Shown here: piece by piece, positions 44,419 to 54,298 of the stretch
How the letters are laid out: each line of letters starts with the position of its first letter
Numbering within the stretch: position 1 is the first letter of the stretch
Source: an uncultured Granulosicoccaceae bacterium
GTDB taxonomy: Bacteria > Pseudomonadota > Gammaproteobacteria > CALCKW01
Direction of reading: 5' to 3'
Assembly (NCBI GenBank): GCA_937925815.1
Contig: CALAMQ010000014.1
Location: 2,169-66,168, forward strand
Length of the DNA: 64,000 nt
Position numbers and translations under genes: made by a program
Notes under the pieces: generated by a model
What the model saw: the letters and a program-made list of their open reading frames with translations, nothing else
What the model was told of the DNA's origin: nothing
Databases searched by the model: none

Positions 44419-47067
44419 CTAAAAATTCAACGACAGGTCGCGGTGGTCCGCGGTGCAGCGTGCGATGTACAGCGCCTGGTCTCTCGGCAAGCGTTGCTGC
44501 TGCCGGATGCCTAGCGTATTTCGCATAGCGGCTTCATAGACCTCGAGCTCGGGCAACAGTTCAGCGGTTGCGCGCTCGCGCCACTCGAGCTGCTCTGCGT
44601 AGAGTGTGGTGGCGGTCTCAAATTGCTTGAGTGCTTTGTCGAGTTTGGGTGTGCGCTTTTTCATCTCGCTCGCAGTTTTGGACAACGCGGTTTTGATTCT
44701 TGACGCGCCTTCGACGTTGTTAAATTTCTTGGACAGGGCTTTGAGCGGGTCCACCAGACTCTTGGGGTCATCTGTCTCGACGATCAACGCCATGTTGTCG
44801 AGCTCATCTTTGAGTGCAACAAAGGCCTCTGTGCTCGAGAGTGTTTCGATCAAATCACTCACCGCCCCATAGCCTTTGTCGGCCGTTCGACGGTAGTTGT
44901 CGCGTGCTGAGGATTCGGATTTGAGCAGCGCTGAAAAGGTGCTGTGCTCATCTTCCCAATTGGCGGGTATGTCTGCTTCCAGAGCCGCCATCGATTGATC
45001 CAGAGCGTCTAAGCGTTCAGTTAAACGTGCTCTTTGAGCGTCGTTGTCAGCACGCGACAGCGCGGTGTCGAGCTCCTCGCGGCGTTCGGTGAGATCGCGC
45101 AAGTCTCGTTCGATGGCACGCACGCGCTGCTGGAGTGGCTGGTAGTTTGGCGCGGCGGCCAACACCGCGTCTGATGCGGCAAAGGCATCGTTGAGCGCAG
45201 TCCGTGCGGCGTCCACCGCGACCAAGCTCTTATCCAAATCAGCGCGCATACCTTTTGGCAAGTAGGAGGTGTCGATCAGCTGGGCGCGGGTTGCAGCCTC
45301 GTCGAGCAGTTCGCCGGATGCACCGTTGAGCTCGGTCAACATGTAGTCGTCCAAGCACATCTGCAATTTTGGGTTGCGTGGCGGCGGCGCGGTCTCGGAT
45401 GTGAGCGAGAGACGGTTCGGCAAGTAGTTAACCAACGCGGGGTAGTTGCCGACGATGGCGAGTGCCAAAAGCTGCAGACCAATGAACGGAATCACGCCTT
45501 TGTACATCTGCACAGTCTTGACCGACGGTGGCGCCACGCCACGCAAGTAGAATAGCGCAAAACCAAAAGGCGGCGTCAGGAACGAGGTCTGGATGTTGAG
45601 ACCGATCATGACACCGAGCCAGACGGCGGTGATGTTGGCACCGGGATCGGCCAGCAAGATGGGCGCGACAATTGGCACCACCACCACGGCGATCTCAATG
45701 AAATCGAGGAAAAAGCCGAGGAAGAAGATCACCGCCATGACGATAATGAACTTGATCCAGAACCCACCAGGCAGGCTGTTGAGGTAGTCGCGCACCAGAT
45801 CCTCACCACCAAACGCGCGAAACGCCGCGGTCAACATGGCGGCACCGAGCAGGATAATGAACACGAGAGACGTCGCTTTTGCGGTCTCGATCATGACGCC
45901 GTTTAAGGTGTCTTCAATGCGCGCAACGCGGAACCCACTCCACAGCAGCGCAATGATCAATCCACCCACTGCAATGGCCGCGAGCATCACGCCGAGTCTG
46001 TCGTGGTCGGTTTCGATGGCTTTGATGTTGATATCAAACTGGCTTTGGATCACCGCAATGCCGATCAGTGATGCCACTGCCAAGATCGCGGGCAAGTAGG
46101 TGCCTCGCCCGTCTGATATGCGGTAGCCGGCCATGAGCAAAGCGCCCGCGGCACCAATAGCACCGGCTTGGTTGACGGTGGCGATGCCGGAGATAATCGA
46201 ACCCAACACCAAAAAGATCAGTGTCAGAGGGGGCACCAGCGTGCCAGCGGCTTTGAGCCAGAAACGTCTATCGTATGCGCCGTCAAAACGGACAGACGGC
46301 GCGCTTTTGGGGCGCAGCATGCTGAAGATCAGGATGTAGGCCATGTACAGGCCAACCAGGACCAGGCCCGGCACCAAGGCGCCCAGAAACATTTCGCCTG
46401 CGCTGGTCGATGACACATCAAACGCCGACGGCATACTGATCTCGCCGGTGCTCGCTTTGTAGAGTTCTTTGCGTGCAGTGCTCGCTTGGTCGGTGGCGCT
46501 CGCGAGCTGGTCGGCGAGGATGATCAACACGATGGATGGCGGGATGATTTGGCCGAGTGTGCCAGACGCTGAAATGGTGCCGGTGGCAAGCGCTGGGGAG
46601 TAGTTGTTACGCAACATCACCGGCAGTGAAATCAGTCCCATCGCCACCACGGTGGCGCCGACGATACCGGTTGTGGCGGCGAGCAAAGCACCCACAAACA
46701 CCACCGAGATGCCGAGTCCGCCTGGCACTGGCCCGAACAATTGCGCCATGGTGACAAGCAAGTCTTCAGCGATTTTTGAGCGCTGCAGCATGATGCCCAT
46801 GAAAATAAACAACGGGATCGCGATCAGGGTGTCGCGCTCGACTTCCCAATAGATGCCTCGCAGGTTTGTCACCCCTGCACTGAGCCATTGCTTAGGACCG
46901 CCGTGGGTGAAGTAGGCGTCCATATTGCCGTCGAAGAGGTAGCCGCAAGCCGCGGCAATACCGATGGTGATGATGGCAGAACCTGGCAACGCAAAAGCCA
47001 CCGGGTAACCGGAACCAAGGGCTAGAGCGAGAAGGATGACCAGCAGGGCGAGAAAGACGAGTTCCAC
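44419..47067 (-). CDS. dctM: TRAP transporter large permease (DctM) with a long C-terminal extension
   Basis: LIAIPLFIFMG, GTLGQIIPPSI and QTSFLTPPFGFALFYL, followed by about 330 aa of hydrophilic helical tail. Confidence 0.93.
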   Translation of the reverse strand: MELVFLALLVILLALALGSGYPVAFALPGSAIITIGIAAACGYLFDGNMDAYFTHGGPKQWLSAGVTNLRGIYWEVERDTLIAIPLFIFMGIMLQRSKIAEDLLVTMAQLFGPVPGGLGISVVFVGALLAATTGIVGATVVAMGLISLPVMLRNNYSPALATGTISASGTLGQIIPPSIVLIILADQLASATDQASTARKELYKASTGEISMPSAFDVSSTSAGEMFLGALVPGLVLVGLYMAYILIFSMLRPKSAPSVRFDGAYDRRFWLKAAGTLVPPLTLIFLVLGSIISGIATVNQAGAIGAAGALLMAGYRISDGRGTYLPAILAVASLIGIAVIQSQFDINIKAIETDHDRLGVMLAAIAVGGLIIALLWSGFRVARIEDTLNGVMIETAKATSLVFIILLGAAMLTAAFRAFGGEDLVRDYLNSLPGGFWIKFIIVMAVIFFLGFFLDFIEIAVVVVPIVAPILLADPGANITAVWLGVMIGLNIQTSFLTPPFGFALFYLRGVAPPSVKTVQMYKGVIPFIGLQLLALAIVGNYPALVNYLPNRLSLTSETAPPPRNPKLQMCLDDYMLTELNGASGELLDEAATRAQLIDTSYLPKGMRADLDKSLVAVDAARTALNDAFAASDAVLAAAPNYQPLQQRVRAIERDLRDLTERREELDTALSRADNDAQRARLTERLDALDQSMAALEADIPANWEDEHSTFSALLKSESSARDNYRRTADKGYGAVSDLIETLSSTEAFVALKDELDNMALIVETDDPKSLVDPLKALSKKFNNVEGASRIKTALSKTASEMKKRTPKLDKALKQFETATTLYAEQLEWRERATAELLPELEVYEAAMRNTLGIRQQQRLPRDQALYIARCTADHRDLSLNF

Positions 47068-47089
47068 AGTGGCGATCTTCTATGTGATG

Positions 47090-48061
47090 TCAGTGAGCGG
47101 AGGCGGATGCAATGACGCGTGCGTCAGGGTCGCCACGGTAGTCGGCGGTAGCCTCGAGGAATTGGCTGACGAATTGGATCAGCATCGTGATCGCAAAAAC
47201 CCCGAGAAAACCTGCCATTAGGTACTTGGTGTACATGCCAAAGCCAGACTGCGAGACTTCAAAGTTGACCAGTGGCGAGTAGATGATGGCGGACTTGCTG
47301 CCGAATCCGTTTAGCAAGATGGTCCAGCACATGGCGCAACCCATGGCAGTGGCGCCGAGCGCATTGATAAACCCTTTGCCCTTGGGTGACATGCCTGCAT
47401 AAAAGACATCGACCCGGACGTGGCCGTCTGCGTAGAGCGTGTGCGCGCTGGCAAAGAGGAATAGGGCTGCGTACCAGAAGCGCACGAGGTCGCCCATGAA
47501 GGCTTGCTCGTAGGAGAAAATGAAGCGCGTGAACACGATTCCAAGCTCGGCCGCCACAATCAGCAGGGCCAGCCAGTGGAACGCGAGTCCACGGGTCACG
47601 CACGCGATCACAAAACCGAGAAACAACAGCGGCATGTGAATCTCTGGCCCGCGAAAGCGCGGTTTGCCGAGGTCGCGCGCGAGTTGCTCGCCAAAGAGTC
47701 CCTCGAGCAGGTCTTCGACTCGCAAGAATGAGATCACCATGTCGGCAAGGCCGATCAACAACACAGACCAAAAGAGCGCGCGGATCAGGTAGACGTTGAA
47801 TCGGTTGATGCGCTCAGCTTCGGTGCGCAATGTGATGTCTGGGCGTTTGCTGACCCACAGCCAGGCTGCGAGAAAGCCGATGGCGTAGAGCGCCAGCTGT
47901 GCAGTGCCAAGCAGTGTGGCGTCACCGGACAGCGCACTGGCCGGGCCCGGCAATTCATACCCGAGGGTCAAAACGGTGTTGACCAAGTAGACGAAAAGAG
48001 CGGCAAGCATGGCCCAGCCGAAGGTTCGGGCTAACTGGGCTGAAGTCGTGTTTTGCGCCAT
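47090..48061 (-). CDS. dctQ: TRAP transporter small permease (DctQ) with an N-terminal extension
   Basis: HVRVDVFY motif and multiple TM helices; lies between the SBP and DctM genes. Confidence 0.88.
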   Translation of the reverse strand: MAQNTTSAQLARTFGWAMLAALFVYLVNTVLTLGYELPGPASALSGDATLLGTAQLALYAIGFLAAWLWVSKRPDITLRTEAERINRFNVYLIRALFWSVLLIGLADMVISFLRVEDLLEGLFGEQLARDLGKPRFRGPEIHMPLLFLGFVIACVTRGLAFHWLALLIVAAELGIVFTRFIFSYEQAFMGDLVRFWYAALFLFASAHTLYADGHVRVDVFYAGMSPKGKGFINALGATAMGCAMCWTILLNGFGSKSAIIYSPLVNFEVSQSGFGMYTKYLMAGFLGVFAITMLIQFVSQFLEATADYRGDPDARVIASASAH

Positions 48062-48243
48062 GCGGATGGGTCCTCTGGGGCCGTGTAGTGCCTACTGTGG
48101 ACGTCGCGTTTACTTGTTGTTGAGAGGCCGCTTGTCCTTTGAGGGTGGTCGACGCCAGCGAAAATATGCCGCCAAAACGCGACGATCACTGGACGCCGCG
48201 AGCATCTCTTGGCGTGACGCGACAGGGCGAAAGCAGGGTAAGT

Positions 48244-48271
48244 GCTGGGTCAGGCTGTTGCCTGACCCAGC
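48244..48271 (-). terminator. Perfect 12-bp stem-loop just 3' of the TRAP SBP gene (mRNA-stabilising or attenuating hairpin)
   Basis: GCTGGGTCAGGC-TGTT-GCCTGACCCAGC, 8 nt after the stop; no clear U-tract. Confidence 0.55.
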
Positions 48272-48279
48272 GTCCGTCG

Positions 48280-49380
48280 TTACTCGCCGAGTTCGAGTAC
48301 GCGGTTGCGTTGGTTGGTGAACGCAATGTCGCCGATGGCGAGGTAGTTACCCATTTCACGCAGTGCAGCTTGGAAGTCGTCGTTGACTTCAGCAGCCAAG
48401 GCGCTGTGGTCGCGGGTCTCTTCGAAGACCTCGGCCGCCGCTTCGCCGAAGGCGTCGTAGACGTCGTCGTTGAAGACCTTAACTTCCACGCCGTGGTCGT
48501 CGACCATGCGCTGCAGGTAAGAGCCGTTGTTGGCGAGGGCTTCTTCTGGCTGAGCCGCGTGTTCTTCCATACACGCTGCAGTGATAACCGCTTGCTCCCA
48601 GCTGGACAGGCCTTCCCACCACTCTTTGTTCATGCCGAACGCCAAACCACCACCTGGCTCGTGCATGCCCGCGCCGTAGTAGAACTTGGCAGCTTCGTAA
48701 AACTTCATGAAGTAGTCGTTGTACGGGCCAACCCACTCTGTGGCGTCGATTGCGCCCGAGACCAAGTTCTCGTAAATCTGGCCGCCTGGGAGTGACACGG
48801 TTGAGGCGCCAAGCTTCGCGAGGACGTCGCCACCGAGGCCTGGGATGCGCATTTTCAGGCCTTTGAAATCGTCTGCTTCGTTGATTTCTTTGTTGAACCA
48901 ACCGCCCATCTGGGTGCCGGTGGCGCCACATGGCAACGCTTTGAGGCCGAATTCACCTGAGACTTTGTCCCACAGTGCCTGGCCGTTTTTGAACTTGATC
49001 CACGCGTTCCATTCCCAGTTAGTCATGCCAAATGGGACTGATGTGAAGTACGCGAACGCTGGGTGCTTGCCGCGCCAGTAGTAGTCTGCAGCGATGTAAG
49101 CTTCACTGTTGCCGGCGGCCACTTCGTCAAAGGAATCGAAAGCACCAACGCGCTCGCCTGCGGCGAAGTAATTAGTCTTGATTTTGCCCTGCGAGAGCTC
49201 TGTGATGCGCGCTGCGAGGCGCTGTGCACTGACACCCAGGCCTGGGAAGTCGCGAGGCCAGGTGGAGACGATGGTCATCTCACGTACATCAGAGGCAATT
49301 GCTGGGGCACCGGCGATGACGCCACCGGCTGTTGCCGCGGCAATACCGCCTGTTTTGATAAAGTCTCTTCTTTTCATCAT
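48280..49380 (-). CDS. dctP: TRAP transporter substrate-binding protein, Tat-exported (TakP-like subfamily)
   Basis: Tat signal KRRDFIK, GTQMGGWF, GLKMRIPGLGG and IDATEWVGPYND. Confidence 0.93.
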   Translation of the reverse strand: MMKRRDFIKTGGIAAATAGGVIAGAPAIASDVREMTIVSTWPRDFPGLGVSAQRLAARITELSQGKIKTNYFAAGERVGAFDSFDEVAAGNSEAYIAADYYWRGKHPAFAYFTSVPFGMTNWEWNAWIKFKNGQALWDKVSGEFGLKALPCGATGTQMGGWFNKEINEADDFKGLKMRIPGLGGDVLAKLGASTVSLPGGQIYENLVSGAIDATEWVGPYNDYFMKFYEAAKFYYGAGMHEPGGGLAFGMNKEWWEGLSSWEQAVITAACMEEHAAQPEEALANNGSYLQRMVDDHGVEVKVFNDDVYDAFGEAAAEVFEETRDHSALAAEVNDDFQAALREMGNYLAIGDIAFTNQRNRVLELGE

Positions 49381-49675
49381 GAAGTCCTTAGGAACTGGAT
49401 GGTTGATGGGCCCACGCGCCAAACGAACGGTCAACAGCACCGTTTAAGATCAGCGAGAGGCGTGGTCGACGCCAGGTCTTGGGCAGGCCGATTGAGGCAG
49501 GGCTGTTTGCAACACTCGCATGCATTCGGCGTGGGTGAAGCATACCACCGCGACTGGAAATTGTGCGTAACGTTGCAGGCACTTTGGTCGAAAAGTGCAT
49601 CATGGTTCAGATTTTGGCGCACGACCTAAGCCATAGTAAACAGGATGTCTGGCACTTTTTTGATCGGATCGATAT

Positions 49676-50542
49676 TTAGCGCGTTTCGATGCGTAGGCTG
49701 GGGAAGCCGTCGTCGATCTCGTCATCGCGTACAGACAAGCTTGGCAAGCTGCCAAGTCCACGCGCTGGGGTGTGCCATCTTTCGGCTGGGCTGTCGTCGA
49801 GTTCGCTCAGCGGGGTCGGTTGCGCATTAATTGTCGCGTCGGCGTCACTGGGGAGCGCGCTGCTGGGCTCGGGCGATGTGAGCGCGATGCTCGGGTAGCT
49901 CTCGACATCCTGCTCGCTGTCCCATGCGGGTCTCGACGATTCGATGACGGCTTCGGGAACGGCCGCCGTGAGCACAACCTTGGCGGTGGTAGATTTGGCC
50001 ATCGGTGTCGGCTGCAGTGGTAAAAATTCGTCGCCCGCATCCAACGCGTCTAGCAGCGCTGTATCAATGTTCTTGGTCCGCGATTTGACCGCCTCTTTAA
50101 AGGCCTCGACCTCTTCTGGAGTGGGTGACACTTCATGGTCGCCAGTCTCGTCTAGGGCACTCAGCGACGCTTGCTCTGGGGTGTCGGGGTCAATCAGATC
50201 TGGGCGTGCTGCCTCGTCGAGCACTTTGGGTTGTACCGCGCGGCCGGTGTTGTGGATCACCTGCACGGCGCGGTCATCCCAGAGCTCGATCATTTGAAAG
50301 TCTTTGACGTTCGTTACGCGCAGATCGGGCAGTCCATGCAGTTTCAGCCAGCGCTTGATGGGTGGAATCAGACGGGGCTCAGTGGCTCGGGCGGTGAAAA
50401 TGCGAACTTCCCGCCCCTCGGCGATCCAGCCTTCGACGCGCTTGACCATGGCGGGAATCGGCAGGCCAATTGAATCCGGCCCGCGCCAATGGTCGAAATG
50501 CGCGAGCGTTCCATCGAGATCAACACCAATCCAGCCAGCCAT
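49676..50542 (-). CDS. HAD-superfamily domain protein with an acidic, Pro-rich disordered C-terminus
   Basis: GVDLDGTL (motif I), FTAR (motif II) and WDDRA (motif IV) in the first ~100 aa; ATG at 50542. Confidence 0.7.
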   Translation of the reverse strand: MAGWIGVDLDGTLAHFDHWRGPDSIGLPIPAMVKRVEGWIAEGREVRIFTARATEPRLIPPIKRWLKLHGLPDLRVTNVKDFQMIELWDDRAVQVIHNTGRAVQPKVLDEAARPDLIDPDTPEQASLSALDETGDHEVSPTPEEVEAFKEAVKSRTKNIDTALLDALDAGDEFLPLQPTPMAKSTTAKVVLTAAVPEAVIESSRPAWDSEQDVESYPSIALTSPEPSSALPSDADATINAQPTPLSELDDSPAERWHTPARGLGSLPSLSVRDDEIDDGFPSLRIETR

Positions 50543-50707
50543 GAGAGTCCCAAATATCCAATGTGGACAAAAATCAGCGGGTCGCGCCAGTTGCACACAT
50601 CCGCCAGCAAAGGTGGGCAGCCTAAGGCAGGCGCGGTGCCCGAACAGGCGACCGTTTCACATTTGTGACGTTTTCAGCCCGGTACGGGCTCTATCGGCCT
50701 GATGGGC

Positions 50708-51445
50708 TCAGATCTCAAGCGTGCTTTGCGAGCTATCGGGGGTCATGTTGTGCTCTTCGTTGTCATAGAAGTCCAAAATCGCCTCAACCACCTCGGCTGG
50801 GTCTTCCACGACACGGAAAAGGTCCATGTCTTCGGGGCTGATTGTGCCCTGGCTCACCATGGTGTTCTCAAACCAGCTGATCAGACCAGACCAGAACTCT
50901 CCGCCCATCAGGATGATCGGGATCTTCCGGCTCTTGCCGGTCTGCACCAGCGTTAAAATTTCAGCGAATTCATCCAAAGTACCAAAGCCGCCTGGCATAA
51001 CGACGTAGGCCGAGGCGTATTTTACAAACATCACCTTGCGCGCGAAGAAGTACCGAAAGGTCAGCGAAATGTCCTGGTAGCCGTTGCCGCCCTGTTCGTG
51101 CGGCAACTCAATATTGAGACCAATCGACTCTGACTTGCCGGCTTTGGCACCCTTGTTGGCCGCTTCCATGATGCCCGGCCCACCGCCGCTGACAACCGCA
51201 AAGCCTGCGTCAGAGAGCCGCCGTGAGAGGTCTTCAGTGAGGGCGTAGTAAGGGTGTTCAGGGGCGAATCGCGCCGAGCCGAAAATACTCACAGATGGGC
51301 GCACTGCGGCGAGCTTTTGAAAGCCGTCGACGAACTCCGCCATGATTTTGAATATCTTCCAACCGTCGCGGTTGAGCATGGCCTCTACGGCTTGCTCGCT
51401 GCGTGGGCCGGGCACTGGCCTTTTGGGTGAATCGCTCACGGACAC
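50708..51445 (-). CDS. LOG family protein (TIGR00730-like nucleotide phosphoribohydrolase)
   Basis: SIFGSAR, SGGGPGIMEAAN, FFARK and PGGFGTLDE. Confidence 0.92.
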   Translation of the reverse strand: MSVSDSPKRPVPGPRSEQAVEAMLNRDGWKIFKIMAEFVDGFQKLAAVRPSVSIFGSARFAPEHPYYALTEDLSRRLSDAGFAVVSGGGPGIMEAANKGAKAGKSESIGLNIELPHEQGGNGYQDISLTFRYFFARKVMFVKYASAYVVMPGGFGTLDEFAEILTLVQTGKSRKIPIILMGGEFWSGLISWFENTMVSQGTISPEDMDLFRVVEDPAEVVEAILDFYDNEEHNMTPDSSQSTLEI

Positions 51446-51500
51446 TCCTTTTGCGGTGGCTTGGCCCGGCTGGCCGGGCTCTTCGCAATGGTATGCTTGA

Positions 51501-51521
51501 CGCAGTACAAAGTGTACTGCG
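51501..51521. promoter_or_regulatory. Perfect inverted repeat in the divergent LOG/polA promoter region (candidate operator)
   Basis: CGCAGTACA-AAG-TGTACTGCG, overlapping a TTGACG hexamer at 51497-51502. Confidence 0.4.
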
Positions 51522-51577
51522 GCGCGCAGCCCCTGAACCGCCCGTTGCGCTTGTTGGCCACCGTCTGGATACGCCCC

Positions 51578-54298
51578 ATGCCTGATACGCCCCTCGTCCT
51601 GGTCGACGGATCATCCTATTTGTTCCGTGCGTTCCATGCCTTGCCTCCACTAACCAACTCCACGGGACAGCCCACGGGCGCCATCCACGGGGTAATCAAT
51701 ATGCTCAAGAACCTGCGAGAGCGGTATCAGCCAGAGCAGTTCGTGGTTGTGTTCGACGCACCGGGCAAAACCTTCAGGGACGACATTTACCCCGAGTACA
51801 AAGCCAACCGACCGCCAATGCCAGACGACCTCCGCAGCCAAATCGAACCGCTGCACGCGCTGATACGGGCGCAGGGCTTGCCGCTTATTGCAATAACCGG
51901 TGTTGAGGCTGACGACGTGATCGGCACCATGGCGCTCGAGGCCAGCAATGCTGGCAAGACCGTTGTGATCTCCACCGGAGACAAAGACCTCGCGCAGCTC
52001 GTGAACGACCGGGTCAGCCTGATCAACACCATGACTGACACGGTCATGGACCACGACGGCGTTGTCGCAAAATTTGGTGTGCCACCCGAGCGCATCATCG
52101 ACTACCTCGCGCTCGTTGGTGACAAGGTGGACAACATTCCAGGCGTTCCCGGTTGCGGGCCGAAAACCGCGGTCAAGTGGCTAACCGAGTACGGCAATCT
52201 CGATGCTGTCATGGCGTCCAGCGCCGAGATCAAGGGCAAGATTGGCGAGCGCTTGCGCGACGCGCTCGACACTCTGCCGCTCTCGCGTGAACTTGCGACC
52301 ATCAAACTCGATGTCGATCACGGCCTGACCGAGGCTGAACTCAGCCCCAGTGCGCCCGACACTGACAATTTGCGCACGCTCTACACCGAGCTTGAAATGA
52401 AAACCGCGCTCAAGAACCTCGGCGCCGCTCAGGATGTGGGTGAAGTGGCAGCGTCCAGCGCGCCCCCCGCCCCTGAAGCCGCTGAGGTTGCAGTGCGCTA
52501 CGCAGTAATCAGCACTGAGGCCGATCTAGCGAAGTGGGTCAAAAAAATCAAAATGGTGCCGTTCTTTGCTTTTGACACCGAGACCACCAGTCTCGACTAC
52601 ATGGCGGCTGAATTGGTGGGCGTGTCGGTAGCAGTTGCGCCAGGGCTGGCGGCGTACATTCCTGTGGCTCACAGCTACGAGGGTGCGCCGCAACAGCTTG
52701 CGCTTGAAATTGTGCTCGACGCGCTGAAGCCTGTGCTCGAAGACCCGGCCCGTTGCGTTGTGGGTCAGAACCTCAAATACGACATGAGTGTGCTCGCCAA
52801 GTACGGTGTCGCTGTCACGGCGCGCTTGCACGACACCATGTTGCAGAGTTATGTGCTTGACGCTGCGGGCTCTCGCCATGACATGGACACCTTGGCGCAA
52901 AAACACCTTGGCCACACCTGTGTCAAATTTGAAGACATTGCGGGCAAGGGAAAATCGCAGCTTACATTTGATCAGATCGAGCTCGTGGCGGCGGCACATT
53001 ACGCAGCCGAGGACGCCGACATCACGCTGCGTCTGCATCAGACGCTGTGGCCGCAACTCGAAGCGGAGCCGGTTCTGCGCACTATTTATGAAGAGCTTGA
53101 GTTGCCGCTGGTGCCAGTGTTGTCACACGTTGAACGCAACGGTGTGCAGCTTGACGTTGACATGCTCGGTGAGCAGAGCGCCGAACTTGAACGCGCGATG
53201 GGTGAGACTGAACAAAAAGCACACGATGAAGCTGGCAAGGTGTTCAACCTGTCTTCGCCAAAGCAAATCCAGCAGATCTTCTTTGAAGAGCAAGGTTTGC
53301 CGGTTATCCGCAAAACCCCCAAGGGCCAGCCATCCACTGCCGAGGACGTGCTCGAGCAATTGGCGGCTGATTACGACTTGCCACGACTCATCTTGCAATA
53401 CCGCAGTTTGAGTAAGCTCAAGTCCACCTACACCGACAAATTGCCGTTGCAAGTCAGCCAGTCCACTGGGCGGGTGCACACCAGCTACCACCAAGCGGTC
53501 GCGGCAACCGGTCGGTTGTCATCCACTGATCCGAACTTGCAAAACATACCCGTGCGCAGTGCGGAAGGCCGGCGCATTCGTGAGGCTTTTGTGGCGAGCC
53601 CGGGCAATAAAATACTCGCCGCCGACTACTCGCAGATTGAGTTGCGGATCATGGCGCATTTGTCTGGAGACAGCGGCTTGTTGAACGCGTTTTCCAATGA
53701 CCTCGATGTCCACCGCGCGACCGCGAGCGAAGTCTATGACACGCCACTTGAGGACGTCTCATCAGACCAGCGTCGCTCGGCCAAGGCGGTGAATTTTGGC
53801 CTGATCTACGGTATGAGCGCCTTCGGTCTTGCGCGTCAGCTCGGCATCAGCCGGACCGAGGCGCAGCTGACCATTGACCGCTATTTTGACCGCTACCCCG
53901 GCGTCAAACGCTACATGGACGAGACCCGCACGCGGGCGCACGAAGAGGGCTATGTCGAAACGGTCTTTGGCCGGCGACTCTATCTACACGAAATTCATTC
54001 GCGCAACGCGCAGATGCGCGCCTACGCCGAGCGCACCGCGATCAATGCCCCCATGCAAGGCACCGCAGCCGATATCATCAAGAAGGCCATGGTGTCAGTG
54101 CACGCTTGGCTTATCCAGGGCGATCTCGATGCCCGCATGATCATGCAGGTGCACGATGAACTCGTGTTTGATGTTGCTGCACCGGATGTTGAGCGCTTAT
54201 CAGCAGGGGTCGTTGAGCGCATGGCGAGTGTCGCGGAGCTCGCCGTGCCGCTGGTTGTGGACACAGGGGTTGGTGACAGCTGGGAACAGGCGCACTGA
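51578..54298 (+). CDS. polA: DNA polymerase I
   Basis: LVDGSSYLFRAFHA, FDTET, ADYSQIELR, AKAVNFGLIYG and QVHDEL; ATG at 51578. Confidence 0.98.
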   Translation: MPDTPLVLVDGSSYLFRAFHALPPLTNSTGQPTGAIHGVINMLKNLRERYQPEQFVVVFDAPGKTFRDDIYPEYKANRPPMPDDLRSQIEPLHALIRAQGLPLIAITGVEADDVIGTMALEASNAGKTVVISTGDKDLAQLVNDRVSLINTMTDTVMDHDGVVAKFGVPPERIIDYLALVGDKVDNIPGVPGCGPKTAVKWLTEYGNLDAVMASSAEIKGKIGERLRDALDTLPLSRELATIKLDVDHGLTEAELSPSAPDTDNLRTLYTELEMKTALKNLGAAQDVGEVAASSAPPAPEAAEVAVRYAVISTEADLAKWVKKIKMVPFFAFDTETTSLDYMAAELVGVSVAVAPGLAAYIPVAHSYEGAPQQLALEIVLDALKPVLEDPARCVVGQNLKYDMSVLAKYGVAVTARLHDTMLQSYVLDAAGSRHDMDTLAQKHLGHTCVKFEDIAGKGKSQLTFDQIELVAAAHYAAEDADITLRLHQTLWPQLEAEPVLRTIYEELELPLVPVLSHVERNGVQLDVDMLGEQSAELERAMGETEQKAHDEAGKVFNLSSPKQIQQIFFEEQGLPVIRKTPKGQPSTAEDVLEQLAADYDLPRLILQYRSLSKLKSTYTDKLPLQVSQSTGRVHTSYHQAVAATGRLSSTDPNLQNIPVRSAEGRRIREAFVASPGNKILAADYSQIELRIMAHLSGDSGLLNAFSNDLDVHRATASEVYDTPLEDVSSDQRRSAKAVNFGLIYGMSAFGLARQLGISRTEAQLTIDRYFDRYPGVKRYMDETRTRAHEEGYVETVFGRRLYLHEIHSRNAQMRAYAERTAINAPMQGTAADIIKKAMVSVHAWLIQGDLDARMIMQVHDELVFDVAAPDVERLSAGVVERMASVAELAVPLVVDTGVGDSWEQAH

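Noticed and set aside
51461..51577. N-terminal extensions in the ORF track (polA, also hemC, hslU, ubiE, fpr, cysH, dctP and the PCD gene)
   Set aside because: Family homology begins at downstream start codons, so these are longest-ORF artefacts.
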